Part shown: piece by piece, positions 1 through 8,254 of the stretch | How positions within the stretch are numbered: position 1 is the stretch's first letter | Layout of the letters: every line of letters begins with the position of its first letter | NCBI GenBank assembly: GCA_963797095.1 | Contig: CAWCNY010000006.1 | Coordinates: forward strand, 864,001-928,000 | Reading direction: 5' to 3' | DNA length: 64,000 nt | Source of the DNA: an uncultured Chloroflexia bacterium | Lineage (GTDB): Bacteria > Chloroflexota > Chloroflexia > QHBQ01 > JADMIH01 | Notes under the pieces: model-generated | What the model was told of the DNA's origin: nothing | Databases searched by the model: none | Seen by the model: only the letters and a program-made list of their open reading frames with translations | Made by a program: the position numbers and the translations under genes

Positions 1-762
1 CATCGCTTCTTTGCTAACTACATCGAATCTCATGACGGCATAGTCCAACCCGACAGCCGCGTGTCCAAACTCCTGCTTTCCTGGCCTGAGTACCAGCCCC
101 TCGTTGTCGGCGCGAAGCTAGAGACGGGCGAGGTAGTAGAGGCCGATGCCTTCGTGCTGGCGGCTCCTCTCCACAGCGCGCGCCGGCTGCTTCCGAGCAC
201 TCTCAGGCAGATACCCTACTTCGACAACCTGTGGCGATTGAAGTCGGTCCCCGTAATGAACGTGCAGGTCTGGTTCGACCGCTACATATCGTCCACCGAC
301 AACCTCCACTTCACAGCCGATGCCCCCTTCTCCGTCTTCGCCGACCTCGCCCTTACGAGTCCTATGTACGACCGCACCGGCGGCTCACTCGTTTCGATGG
401 CTGTAGCCCCAGCCCGCCCACTCTGGCACCTGTCCGACGATGAGGTGGTGCAGGTATGTCTCGACGCTCTCCACAACCTGTGGCCCCGCACTCGTGGCGC
501 AGGCATCCTCCACACCACCGTGGTCCGAATCCCCAACTCGATCTACCGGGAGGTACCCGGCAGCGATGCCCTCCGCCCCACCCAGCGCACTCCCATCCCC
601 AACCTCGCCCTCGCAGGCGACTACACCCGCCAGGACTACATGGCCTCCATGGAGGGCGCTGTCCGGAGCGGCCATCGTGCCGCCCGCGCCCTGCTCGCCG
701 GCCCGAGCGATGCGCTAGCCCCCAATCATGGTACAATGGACCAACTCGCCCTGACGCGATAG
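1..762 (+). CDS. FAD-dependent carotenoid desaturase, CrtP/CrtQ (PDS/ZDS)-like; 5'-truncated by window edge
   Basis: Frame is open from base 1. C-terminal motifs PVMNVQVWFDR and RPTQRTPIPNLALAGDYTRQDYMASMEGAVRSG resemble PDS/ZDS/HpnE-type amine-oxidase-fold desaturases. Lies next to a lycopene cyclase. Confidence 0.75.
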   Translation, partial: HRFFANYIESHDGIVQPDSRVSKLLLSWPEYQPLVVGAKLETGEVVEADAFVLAAPLHSARRLLPSTLRQIPYFDNLWRLKSVPVMNVQVWFDRYISSTDNLHFTADAPFSVFADLALTSPMYDRTGGSLVSMAVAPARPLWHLSDDEVVQVCLDALHNLWPRTRGAGILHTTVVRIPNSIYREVPGSDALRPTQRTPIPNLALAGDYTRQDYMASMEGAVRSGHRAARALLAGPSDALAPNHGTMDQLALTR

Positions 763-777
763 CAGATTTACAAACCA

Positions 778-1380
778 ATGCAGACAACAGCCACCCTATC
801 CAACACCAGACCCAAATCCACCGCCGTATCTACCGCAACCAGCCCATTCGTGCGCCCCTGGCTTCAAGACCTCTCGCTCTGGATCTTGCTGATCGGCCCA
901 TTGACCGCGCCCTTCTTCGCCTGGCTCGGCTGGCCCATCCTCAAGCCCTTCGCCGATGCAATCTACCTGCTGGGCGCGATTGTCTGTCCCAAGCTGGGTG
1001 AGCACTTTATTGTGCTCGGCTACCCGATGTCGGTATGCGCTTCCTGCTGGTCGGCCGTCTTCGGTCTCTGGACAATACGTCTCCTCTATGGTCGCTCCGG
1101 TGAGGGTATGGGGCCTTTCGCCCATCTTGGCCTCGCGCCCTGGTGGCAGCGTTGGGCACAGACCTCCACACCCATAAAATTCGCCGTGCTGGTCGCCGGG
1201 TTCCTCCCCTGGGCCTTCGATGTAGCGGTGTGGGACCTCGGCCTCTGGGCAAGCCCCCAACCCTTCATGATGCTGGTCGGCTACATCGGCGGATTGGCAG
1301 CGGGCGCGCTCCTTCTACCCGCTGCATCTGCTATGCGGGCCACTCTGGCCGCAAAGCGCGCCCCGCACTACGCAACCTAA
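778..1380 (+). CDS. DUF2085-like membrane protein
   Basis: Several hydrophobic segments and the Cys pattern VCPK...GYPMSVCASC, resembling the DUF2085 'C..Q...PVCARC' motif. Confidence 0.55.
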   Translation: MQTTATLSNTRPKSTAVSTATSPFVRPWLQDLSLWILLIGPLTAPFFAWLGWPILKPFADAIYLLGAIVCPKLGEHFIVLGYPMSVCASCWSAVFGLWTIRLLYGRSGEGMGPFAHLGLAPWWQRWAQTSTPIKFAVLVAGFLPWAFDVAVWDLGLWASPQPFMMLVGYIGGLAAGALLLPAASAMRATLAAKRAPHYAT

Positions 1381-1385
1381 CCACC

Positions 1386-3062
1386 ATGTTGTCCCAGGTG
1401 GGCGCGATCCCCAACTCTCTCCGGTCCCTCCAAAGCCGCTATCCCCTCACAGTCCAGGCATTTGCAGAGATGCCCGCCGGTGCGCGCTCCCTCCAGGCCA
1501 TCCTCGACCTTGAGAACAGATGGATCGCCCTCAACACAAGCCATAATCACCTCCTTCCCTTTGCCCACGTGCCATCTCAGGCCGATCTACCAACCTGCTC
1601 TCCAGAAAACTGCTACGACATAGTGATAGCAGGCGGCGGACTGGGCTTGGTGGCGGGCGTCGCCTTCGCACGCCGCGGCCTGCGCGTGCTCGTCTTCGAC
1701 CGCGATAAAGTTGGATCTGCCCATCGCGAGTGGAATATCTCCGAGCGCGAGTTACAAGCCCTCACGCGCTGGGGCATATTCGCCCCAGGCGACCTCGCGG
1801 AGACGGTCGCCGCCCGCTACAATCGCGGCCTCATAGCTTTCCACCCCGACGGCACAGGTGTGCCGTCCTGCCCACTTACCACTCACGGCGTTCTCGACGT
1901 GGCCCTCGACGCTCAATCCGTGCTCGACCTCGCCCGCAAACGGTTCCTGGAGGCTGGCGGCACCATCCTCGAAGGTCGCGCTTTCCGCAAGCTGCACACA
2001 GCCACCACCGGCCCTGTTGCCTCCGTCTTCGAAGTCCAGGGTCCGAACGGCACCGAGTTCTATCGCGCCCGCCTCGCGGTCGACACCATGGGCTCTGTTT
2101 CCCCAATCGCGATGGGCTTGAACGGTGGCCTCCCATTCGACGGCGTATGCCCCACCGCGGGCACCATCATAGAGGGTCTCGACCACGACAGCACCACAGG
2201 CGATGTGCTGGTAAGCATTTCACGCGCCGGCGAGGGGAGGCAGTTGATCTGGGAGGGATTCCCCGGCACCCCCGGCGAAACCACCGTCTACCTTTTCTAC
2301 TACGACCGCACCGGGCGAGAGCAAGCCCCCAACCAGCGCCTCCTCGACCTCTTCGAGAGCTATTTCAAGCTCCTGCCCACCTATCGCCGGATGGGGCCAA
2401 ATGCGCGCCACCGAAAACCCGTCTTCGGCTACATCCCCGCCCGCCACGGGCGCACAGGCCACACCGCCGCCAGGGGCCTACTTTGCCTGGGCGACTCTGC
2501 CGCTGGGCAATCCCCTCTCACCTTCTGCGGCTTCGGCTCCTTCGTGCGCCACATTGGCCGCGTTGCCTATCTTATAGATTATGCCCTCAAACACGATCTG
2601 CTCGAACAAAAACATCTCCGCCTGATCAGCCCCCACCAGGCCAACCTGCGTGTTGCCTGGGTCTTCAGCAGGTTCATGCAGCCCCACCCCGGCGACGACC
2701 CCGCCTCGGTGAACCGCCTGATGAACGTCTTTTGCCGCGCTCTGGATCAGATAGGCCCGCACACCACCATGCGCTTCCTCCAGGACCGCTACACCTTCTC
2801 CGAATACCTCCGCATAATGCTGACCACCGCCCGCCACTACCCGTCTGTCTTCGCCCTCACCGCCCGCGTGCTGGGCCCCACAGGGCTAGCCCATTGGGCA
2901 GCCGACATAGCCCACTTCGCCACCGACGAAACCGCCCGCACGCTCTTTCAACTAGCAGGCAAGCGCCCCTGGCAATACCTGGAGCGCGCAACCTCCCACC
3001 TGTCACCCGCCCTATCCCTACGCCTCAAAGCCTCCCGCACCGGCTGGCAAGCCCTCCGTTGA
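1386..3062 (+). CDS. CruA/CruP-family lycopene cyclase (FAD-dependent)
   Basis: Rossmann motif YDIVIAGGGLG plus REWNISERE, VCPTAG, RQLIWEGFP, FGYIP and QSPLTFCGFGS motifs typical of CruA/CruP. ATG at 1386 follows the upstream stop at 1380. Confidence 0.75.
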   Translation: MLSQVGAIPNSLRSLQSRYPLTVQAFAEMPAGARSLQAILDLENRWIALNTSHNHLLPFAHVPSQADLPTCSPENCYDIVIAGGGLGLVAGVAFARRGLRVLVFDRDKVGSAHREWNISERELQALTRWGIFAPGDLAETVAARYNRGLIAFHPDGTGVPSCPLTTHGVLDVALDAQSVLDLARKRFLEAGGTILEGRAFRKLHTATTGPVASVFEVQGPNGTEFYRARLAVDTMGSVSPIAMGLNGGLPFDGVCPTAGTIIEGLDHDSTTGDVLVSISRAGEGRQLIWEGFPGTPGETTVYLFYYDRTGREQAPNQRLLDLFESYFKLLPTYRRMGPNARHRKPVFGYIPARHGRTGHTAARGLLCLGDSAAGQSPLTFCGFGSFVRHIGRVAYLIDYALKHDLLEQKHLRLISPHQANLRVAWVFSRFMQPHPGDDPASVNRLMNVFCRALDQIGPHTTMRFLQDRYTFSEYLRIMLTTARHYPSVFALTARVLGPTGLAHWAADIAHFATDETARTLFQLAGKRPWQYLERATSHLSPALSLRLKASRTGWQALR

Positions 3063-3139
3063 CAGACAACATCGGCAAGGGCTAATGTACGCTCTCTATT
3101 CAGATGTTGAGAACTCTAAGCGGGCATGCCATGTAGACT

Positions 3140-3208
3140 TGTGCTTGGCGACGTGGGCGTGTGCTTGGCGACGTGGGCGTGTGCTTGGCGACGTGGGCGT
3201 GTGCTTGG
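3140..3208. repeat. Tandem repeat, 20-bp unit GTGCTTGGCGACGTGGGCGT x3.4
   Basis: Perfect units at 3141, 3161 and 3181, partial unit at 3201; intergenic; no spacers. Confidence 0.95.
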
Positions 3209-3243
3209 AGATGTACAATCCGATCTCTTGCCTCTTTGTGAAG

Positions 3244-3280
3244 CCCCTCCCCGAATTTTGGGGAGGGGTTGGGGTGGGGC
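3244..3280. repeat. REP-like palindrome CCCCTCCCC-N7-GGGGAGGGG followed by TTGGGGTGGGG
   Basis: 9-bp perfect inverted repeat; a degenerate inverted copy lies at 35065-35098. Confidence 0.6.
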
Positions 3281-3385
3281 CTTTGCTCACCTCTCCAAGT
3301 TCCCAAGAAGAATCTCAACGATCGGAATGAACGCTTTCACCCACCGCCTCATGGGCCGCAAAAATGCAAAGAAAAGATCTGTACC

Positions 3386-3442
3386 AAAGTACACCTCAAA
3401 ACCTGTCCAGTTTTGTCCCGCCTTTGCCATTTAGTATGTGAG
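3386..3442 (+). promoter_or_regulatory. Conserved 57-bp upstream motif, copy 1
   Basis: 53/57 identical to the reverse complement of 53676-53732; a third copy is at 16093-16149. Confidence 0.7.
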
Positions 3443-3541
3443 ACCGAAAATAACCATCCCACACAAAGGAGGTGACAACTTTAGATCCAATTCGTTTTCT
3501 GATATAATACGCACGCACAAGCAGTGCGCAGGAGGAACACT

Positions 3542-3736
3542 ATGACTTCCAGGATTCTCTTCGGAGGCCTGCTATTGCTGGTGGGCATACTCTATTTCTG
3601 GCTGGCTTATATGAGTATCTGGCCTTCATTGCAGACCCAGGACATCGTAAGCTGGATGGGAGCGGTTCTCTTTCTGGCCGCTGGAGTGGCCGCAGCCTTT
3701 GCAGGCATCAACCTCGTTCGACCGAAGCGCCGTTGA
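3542..3736 (+). CDS. Small two-TM membrane protein (64 aa)
   Basis: AGGAGG RBS before ATG 3542; two hydrophobic helices; basic C-terminus RPKRR. Confidence 0.7.
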   Translation: MTSRILFGGLLLLVGILYFWLAYMSIWPSLQTQDIVSWMGAVLFLAAGVAAAFAGINLVRPKRR

Positions 3737-3807
3737 TACCCGGTTGGCAGAGATCGCCTAACCGCAATACATAACACACAACCAACCCATCTGGGGTACT
3801 GAACCCT

Positions 3808-5241
3808 ATGCAATACAAAGAAGCCCTCAACTACATCAACAGCTTCACTAACTATGAGACGACCCCAGGTGTGGGCCGCGACCTGAACCAGGATGGCCTG
3901 GAGCGCGTGCACCTGTTGTTGCGCTTACTTGGGCGCCCCCAGAATAGCTTCAACAACGTTGTGATTGCAGGCACCAAAGGCAAAGGCTCTGTGGCTGCCA
4001 TGATAGAGTCGGTGTTGCGCGAGGCGGGCTATCGCACCGGCCTATATACCTCGCCCCACCTGCACACCTTCCGCGAGCGTATCCGCTCAGGTGGATCTCT
4101 GATTTCACCCGCCGATATGGCTCGTCTTACCGAGAAGGTCGTGCCCGTGGTAGAGCGGATCAGGGCGTTGGGCGACCCAACGCTCCTCCCGACCACCTAT
4201 GAGCTTGCGACAGCCCTTGCGTTCCTCTATTTCCAGGAGCGAGGCGTGCAATATGCGGTGCTTGAGGTTGGCCTGGGAGGCAGGCTCGATGCGGTGAACG
4301 TGGTAACCCCCATGGTCTCAGTGATCACCTCTATCAGCCTGGACCATACGGAAGTGCTAGGCGATACTCTGCCCGAAATAGCAACCGAGAAGGCGGGCAT
4401 TATCAAGCCCAACGGCAGAGTGGTGAGCGCTCCCCAGCAGGACGAGGTTATGGAAGTGCTGTCGCGTGTCGCCGAGGGTCAGAAGGCGCGCATAACCGTC
4501 ATCGGCAGGGAAGTATATGTGGGCACCGGCCACTTGCCCGAAGTCGTTTCCGATGATGCCGGGGTGCCTATCTATCAGAGCTTCACCGTCAACTTCGAGG
4601 ATGAATGGGGCACGCCCGCTGGCAGGTTGCGAGTAAGGCTGCCCCTCCTCGGCAATCATCAGCAGGTAAACGCCGCTGTGGTCTTGGCCGTGCTGCAAAT
4701 ACTAAAAGAGGAAGGTGCAGACCTCGACAGAGATGCTATCGTGAATGGGTTGTCGGGCGTGCTATGGCCTGGTAGATTGGAAGTCGTGCGTCGCGAGCCT
4801 ATAGTGATGGCGGATGGCGCTCACAATGTCGAATCGATCGCCAAGATCGGCCAGGCCCTTGCTGATCTCTTTCCCAAGCGCCAGGTGATCGTGGTATTCG
4901 GTACTTCGCGGGAGAAGGATATCGCCGGAATGCTGAAAGAACTGCGTACCTGGACCGACGGCATTTCCGGCCCCAGTGTCGAGCGACTAATCGTTACAAA
5001 ATCGAAGCACCCACGTGCTGCCGATCCAAAGGAAGTGGCGCACCTGGCCGTTGGCACTGGCCTGACCGTCGAGCTAAGGGAAGATGTGCGCTCCGCCCTT
5101 TCCAGAGCCGAAACTTCTGTAAAGCAGCTCGCCCGCGCCGACCGGCTCGACCCTGTCGTACTGGCGACAGGCTCCCTCTTCCTGGTGGCCGAAGCCCGTG
5201 AGGTTTACGGCCTTGCGCCCGATCTCTCTGAAGAGGGTTAG
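3808..5241 (+). CDS. folC: Folylpolyglutamate synthase/dihydrofolate synthase
   Basis: IAGTKGKGS P-loop, GLYTSPHL, EVGLGGRLDAVN, EKAGIIK, WPGRLE, DGAHN. Confidence 0.95.
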   Translation: MQYKEALNYINSFTNYETTPGVGRDLNQDGLERVHLLLRLLGRPQNSFNNVVIAGTKGKGSVAAMIESVLREAGYRTGLYTSPHLHTFRERIRSGGSLISPADMARLTEKVVPVVERIRALGDPTLLPTTYELATALAFLYFQERGVQYAVLEVGLGGRLDAVNVVTPMVSVITSISLDHTEVLGDTLPEIATEKAGIIKPNGRVVSAPQQDEVMEVLSRVAEGQKARITVIGREVYVGTGHLPEVVSDDAGVPIYQSFTVNFEDEWGTPAGRLRVRLPLLGNHQQVNAAVVLAVLQILKEEGADLDRDAIVNGLSGVLWPGRLEVVRREPIVMADGAHNVESIAKIGQALADLFPKRQVIVVFGTSREKDIAGMLKELRTWTDGISGPSVERLIVTKSKHPRAADPKEVAHLAVGTGLTVELREDVRSALSRAETSVKQLARADRLDPVVLATGSLFLVAEAREVYGLAPDLSEEG

Positions 5242-5244
5242 GGC

Positions 5245-6018
5245 TTAATCCAGCTTGCCTGACCTTGCCTTCTCAGGCGTAGTTCCGTTCGCCGGGGCAA
5301 GGGCGCCTTCGCTATCCAGGTAATAGGTCATACTCTGAAGGGCTACGATAGGATCGATATGCCGGATCCTGACGTGCGGCGGAACCTGCACCGTGATAGG
5401 CGCATAGTTGAGGATAGCGCACACACCGGCGGCTATTAGCGCATCCGCTGCTTCTTGTGCGCCCCTGGCAGGCACAGCCATGATCGCCATCTTAATGCCC
5501 ATGCGCGAGATTACTTTCGGCATATCGTCCATGCCGAGTATCTCCATATTGCCGATGCGCTGGTGCACCTTCTCAGGGTTATGATCAAAGAGGGCTTCTA
5601 TCTGGAAGCCCTGCTCGGCAAGGCCCTCATAATGGAGGAGAGCGCGCCCCAGGTGGCCCAACCCGACCAGTGCCACGGGCCAGTCACGATCCAGCTTAAG
5701 GATAGCTTTCACCTCGGCCAGCAGGTAGGCCACGTTGTACCCTTTGCCTTGCTTGCCGAACTCTCCAAAGTACGAAAGGTCGCGGCGTATCTGGGCCGCG
5801 CTTACGCCAAGCCTGTGGCCCAACTCGCCCGACGAGACCGTTTCGACCCCTTCGCTATACAGGTAATTGAGGCTGCGGGCGTAGATCGGCAAGCGCCTGA
5901 TCACAATATCCGGAATACCGTTCTGCTCCGCACCGGGACGCCTCCCAGCAGGTCCACCGGTTGTGGGTTCGGTCGTATCGATGTCGTCCATCATACTGTC
6001 AGCTATGTGTCTCTGCAT
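5245..6018 (-). CDS. rex: Redox-sensing transcriptional repressor Rex (start uncertain)
   Basis: IPDIVIRRLPIY, AAQIRRDLSYFGEFGKQGKGY, VGLGHLGRAL, ILNYAP. Confidence 0.95.
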   Translation of the reverse strand: MQRHIADSMMDDIDTTEPTTGGPAGRRPGAEQNGIPDIVIRRLPIYARSLNYLYSEGVETVSSGELGHRLGVSAAQIRRDLSYFGEFGKQGKGYNVAYLLAEVKAILKLDRDWPVALVGLGHLGRALLHYEGLAEQGFQIEALFDHNPEKVHQRIGNMEILGMDDMPKVISRMGIKMAIMAVPARGAQEAADALIAAGVCAILNYAPITVQVPPHVRIRHIDPIVALQSMTYYLDSEGALAPANGTTPEKARSGKLD

Positions 6019-6080
6019 CTTGCTGCCCTGTTCCAGGTTCAAAATTCAAACGTGTGAAGCTTCCTGATATGAACCTTGAA

Positions 6081-6860
6081 CTACCCCTTCGTTCCCCAGT
6101 GCACAGCCACTGCGCCGAAGGTTAGCTGCTTCCAACAAACATTCCTTATGCCTGCTTTGCCCATTATGAGCGCAAGTTCTTCCGGTGGTGGGAATTTCCC
6201 CATCGAGTTCGGAAGATACGTGTAGGCGTCACTATCGCCTGCGATCAGTTTGCCCAGCAATGGGACGATCCGACGGGTGTACAAGTTGTGAAACGCCCTC
6301 GTTGCGGCGAGACGTGGCTTGCCAACTTCCAGGCACACAATCCTACCACCAGGCTTGACTACCCGGCGCATCTCGCGGAACACACCCTCTATATCGGTGA
6401 CATTGCGCATTGCAAAGCCGGTGGCAATGCAATCGAATGTGTCGTCATCAAAAGGGAGGTTGAGGGCATCTGCCCCCGCGAAGAAGACGGATTCTTTAGC
6501 GCCAACACCCTCGCTGCGGCCCTGTATCATCATCGGTGCACAAAAATCTATACCCACGGCCCGCGCGCCGCGATGTGCCATCTCCTGAGCGATAAGCCCT
6601 GTACCGGTCGCAACGTCGAGAGCCAGGTCACCTGGCCCGGGGCGTGCCTTGTTGACGGTGAAACGTCGCCACGCGCCATCGCGCCCGAAGCTCATAAGTG
6701 CGTTCATGAAATCGTACCGCTTCGCGATACGTGCGAACATGCCACTCACATAGCGGGCTTTTTGCTCACCTTGAAGGCTTGCATTGGGGTTAGCGGTGGG
6801 TTGCGTGGATGGGCTTATCCTCTGTCTGGTATGTACCTGTGAGAGATCTCTGGCGCTCAT
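6081..6860 (-). CDS. menG: Demethylmenaquinone methyltransferase (UbiE/MenG)
   Basis: MFARIAKRYDFMNALMSFGRDGAWR, LDVATGTG, DALNLPF, EMRRVVKPGG, AYTYLPNS. Confidence 0.85.
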   Translation of the reverse strand: MSARDLSQVHTRQRISPSTQPTANPNASLQGEQKARYVSGMFARIAKRYDFMNALMSFGRDGAWRRFTVNKARPGPGDLALDVATGTGLIAQEMAHRGARAVGIDFCAPMMIQGRSEGVGAKESVFFAGADALNLPFDDDTFDCIATGFAMRNVTDIEGVFREMRRVVKPGGRIVCLEVGKPRLAATRAFHNLYTRRIVPLLGKLIAGDSDAYTYLPNSMGKFPPPEELALIMGKAGIRNVCWKQLTFGAVAVHWGTKG

Positions 6861-6929
6861 ATTCGTACCATGCCGTAAGAAAAAATGGGTCGCTAACCGC
6901 GAAAGGCCGTCCAGTGTACCCAGTGTACA

Positions 6930-6947
6930 TTGTAACAATCTTCACAA
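6930..6947. promoter_or_regulatory. Rex operator-like palindrome TTGTAACAATCTTCACAA
   Basis: 12/14 match to TTGTGAA-N4-TTCACAA, about 70 bp upstream of menG-rex. Confidence 0.7.
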
Positions 6948-7004
6948 GATCAGGCAAGAAACGGTTTCTCATCTGCCTTACCGCTATGGTATCATAAAAG
7001 CCCG

Positions 7005-8078
7005 ATGCGAGTGTCCGTACCATATGACAAGCCGATTGTAGCCGAGGTGAAAGTGCGTGGCGGGTTGGGATCGTGCCTGCTGGCGCTGGCTCTCTGTGCC
7101 TACCCGACCTTCGTGGTGTTGCTCACAGTTATCTCGATCGTGTTTCCGGCGCGCGGCGGCTTGCGAGCGGTGGCACAGATCTTCGCGCCACATCTGTACA
7201 TACCTCTCTTGATACTGGTGCCGTTCGCGTTCAGGCGTGGACTGTTCGGTGTCGGCCTGCTGAGAGTGCTGTTGCTAGGGTGCGTAGGCCTTTTCTGCGC
7301 CCGCTATCTCCCTGCTTTTGCGGCCTCAGGGCCAGCACCCGATCCGGCGGCTCCTAAGTTCAGCGTATTGACCTGGAATGTATTCGCCGAGAACCGGCGC
7401 GAGGATAGTGTCCGCGGGTTGCTTCTGGAGAAGCCCGCCGATGTGATCGCTTTGCAGGAGGTGTCATGGACCTGGCTCGCGAACGACCAGATCGCGGCGG
7501 CCTACCCCTACCGCCTCGTACGCCCGGGCGAAACCGCCTCAGGCATGGCCCTCCTGAGCTCTTATCCAATCCTCGACAGCGGCGTGCTGGACGGGGACCG
7601 CGATCTGTGGGACATCCCTCGCCTGATGTGGGCGCGCCTGGATGTGCATGGCACTTCAGTGCTGGTGGTGAACGCGCATCCGATCTCACCCTACTATTCA
7701 GGCGCGGATTGCTCGCTCCCCATTTGCTACGATCCAACCCTGCGCGACAGGCAGATCGTGGCGATGAGGCAGGAGCTTAGTTCATCTCTTGTAGAAGATG
7801 GAGAGCCATTCGTGCTGGTAGGTGACTTCAACGTGACCGAGCGCGAACCCGCCTACGCAGACCTATCGGCGGGGTTGACAGATGCTTTCAAGGCAATTGG
7901 CTCAGGCTTAGGCACCAGTTGGCGGCCCTCTTTCATCATGAGCCAGCCTGTAGGCTTCCTTCAAATCGACTACCTGTTTGCCGGGCCTGGTATCGGTCCC
8001 GTTGGTGTGCAAACCGACTGTACGCCCCGCAGCAGCGATCATTGTGTGGTTATCGGGCGTTTCGAGATCAAAAGATGA
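7005..8078 (+). CDS. Membrane-anchored endonuclease/exonuclease/phosphatase family protein
   Basis: N-terminal TMs, then TWNV, DVIALQE, VGDFN, QIDYLF and SDH motifs. Confidence 0.85.
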   Translation: MRVSVPYDKPIVAEVKVRGGLGSCLLALALCAYPTFVVLLTVISIVFPARGGLRAVAQIFAPHLYIPLLILVPFAFRRGLFGVGLLRVLLLGCVGLFCARYLPAFAASGPAPDPAAPKFSVLTWNVFAENRREDSVRGLLLEKPADVIALQEVSWTWLANDQIAAAYPYRLVRPGETASGMALLSSYPILDSGVLDGDRDLWDIPRLMWARLDVHGTSVLVVNAHPISPYYSGADCSLPICYDPTLRDRQIVAMRQELSSSLVEDGEPFVLVGDFNVTEREPAYADLSAGLTDAFKAIGSGLGTSWRPSFIMSQPVGFLQIDYLFAGPGIGPVGVQTDCTPRSSDHCVVIGRFEIKR

Positions 8079-8254
8079 TGCCCTACATCGGTTTCTCTCT
8101 GCCCGACGTTAATCATTGCGTAACCTCTGTAATACCGTCGCGCTTGCGGTCGTATTAGTATTGTAGTACAATTTCTGCATATAACTGGCGCCCAACGCCG
8201 GGGTGCCTGCCTTGTGCATGCCCGGCTCCCCTTCCCGTTCTACCAAGGAGTTTT

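Noticed and set aside
1143-1385. N-terminal 81 aa of the 639-aa ORF
   Set aside because: Overlaps the upstream gene; ATG 1386 just after that gene's stop is the better start.
1730-3085. 451-aa alternative-frame ORF overlapping the cyclase
   Set aside because: Arg/Pro-rich shadow ORF expected from GC-rich codon bias; no recognisable motifs.
3140-3208. Possible CRISPR array
   Set aside because: Repeats are directly adjacent with no unique spacers, and there are no cas genes in the window.
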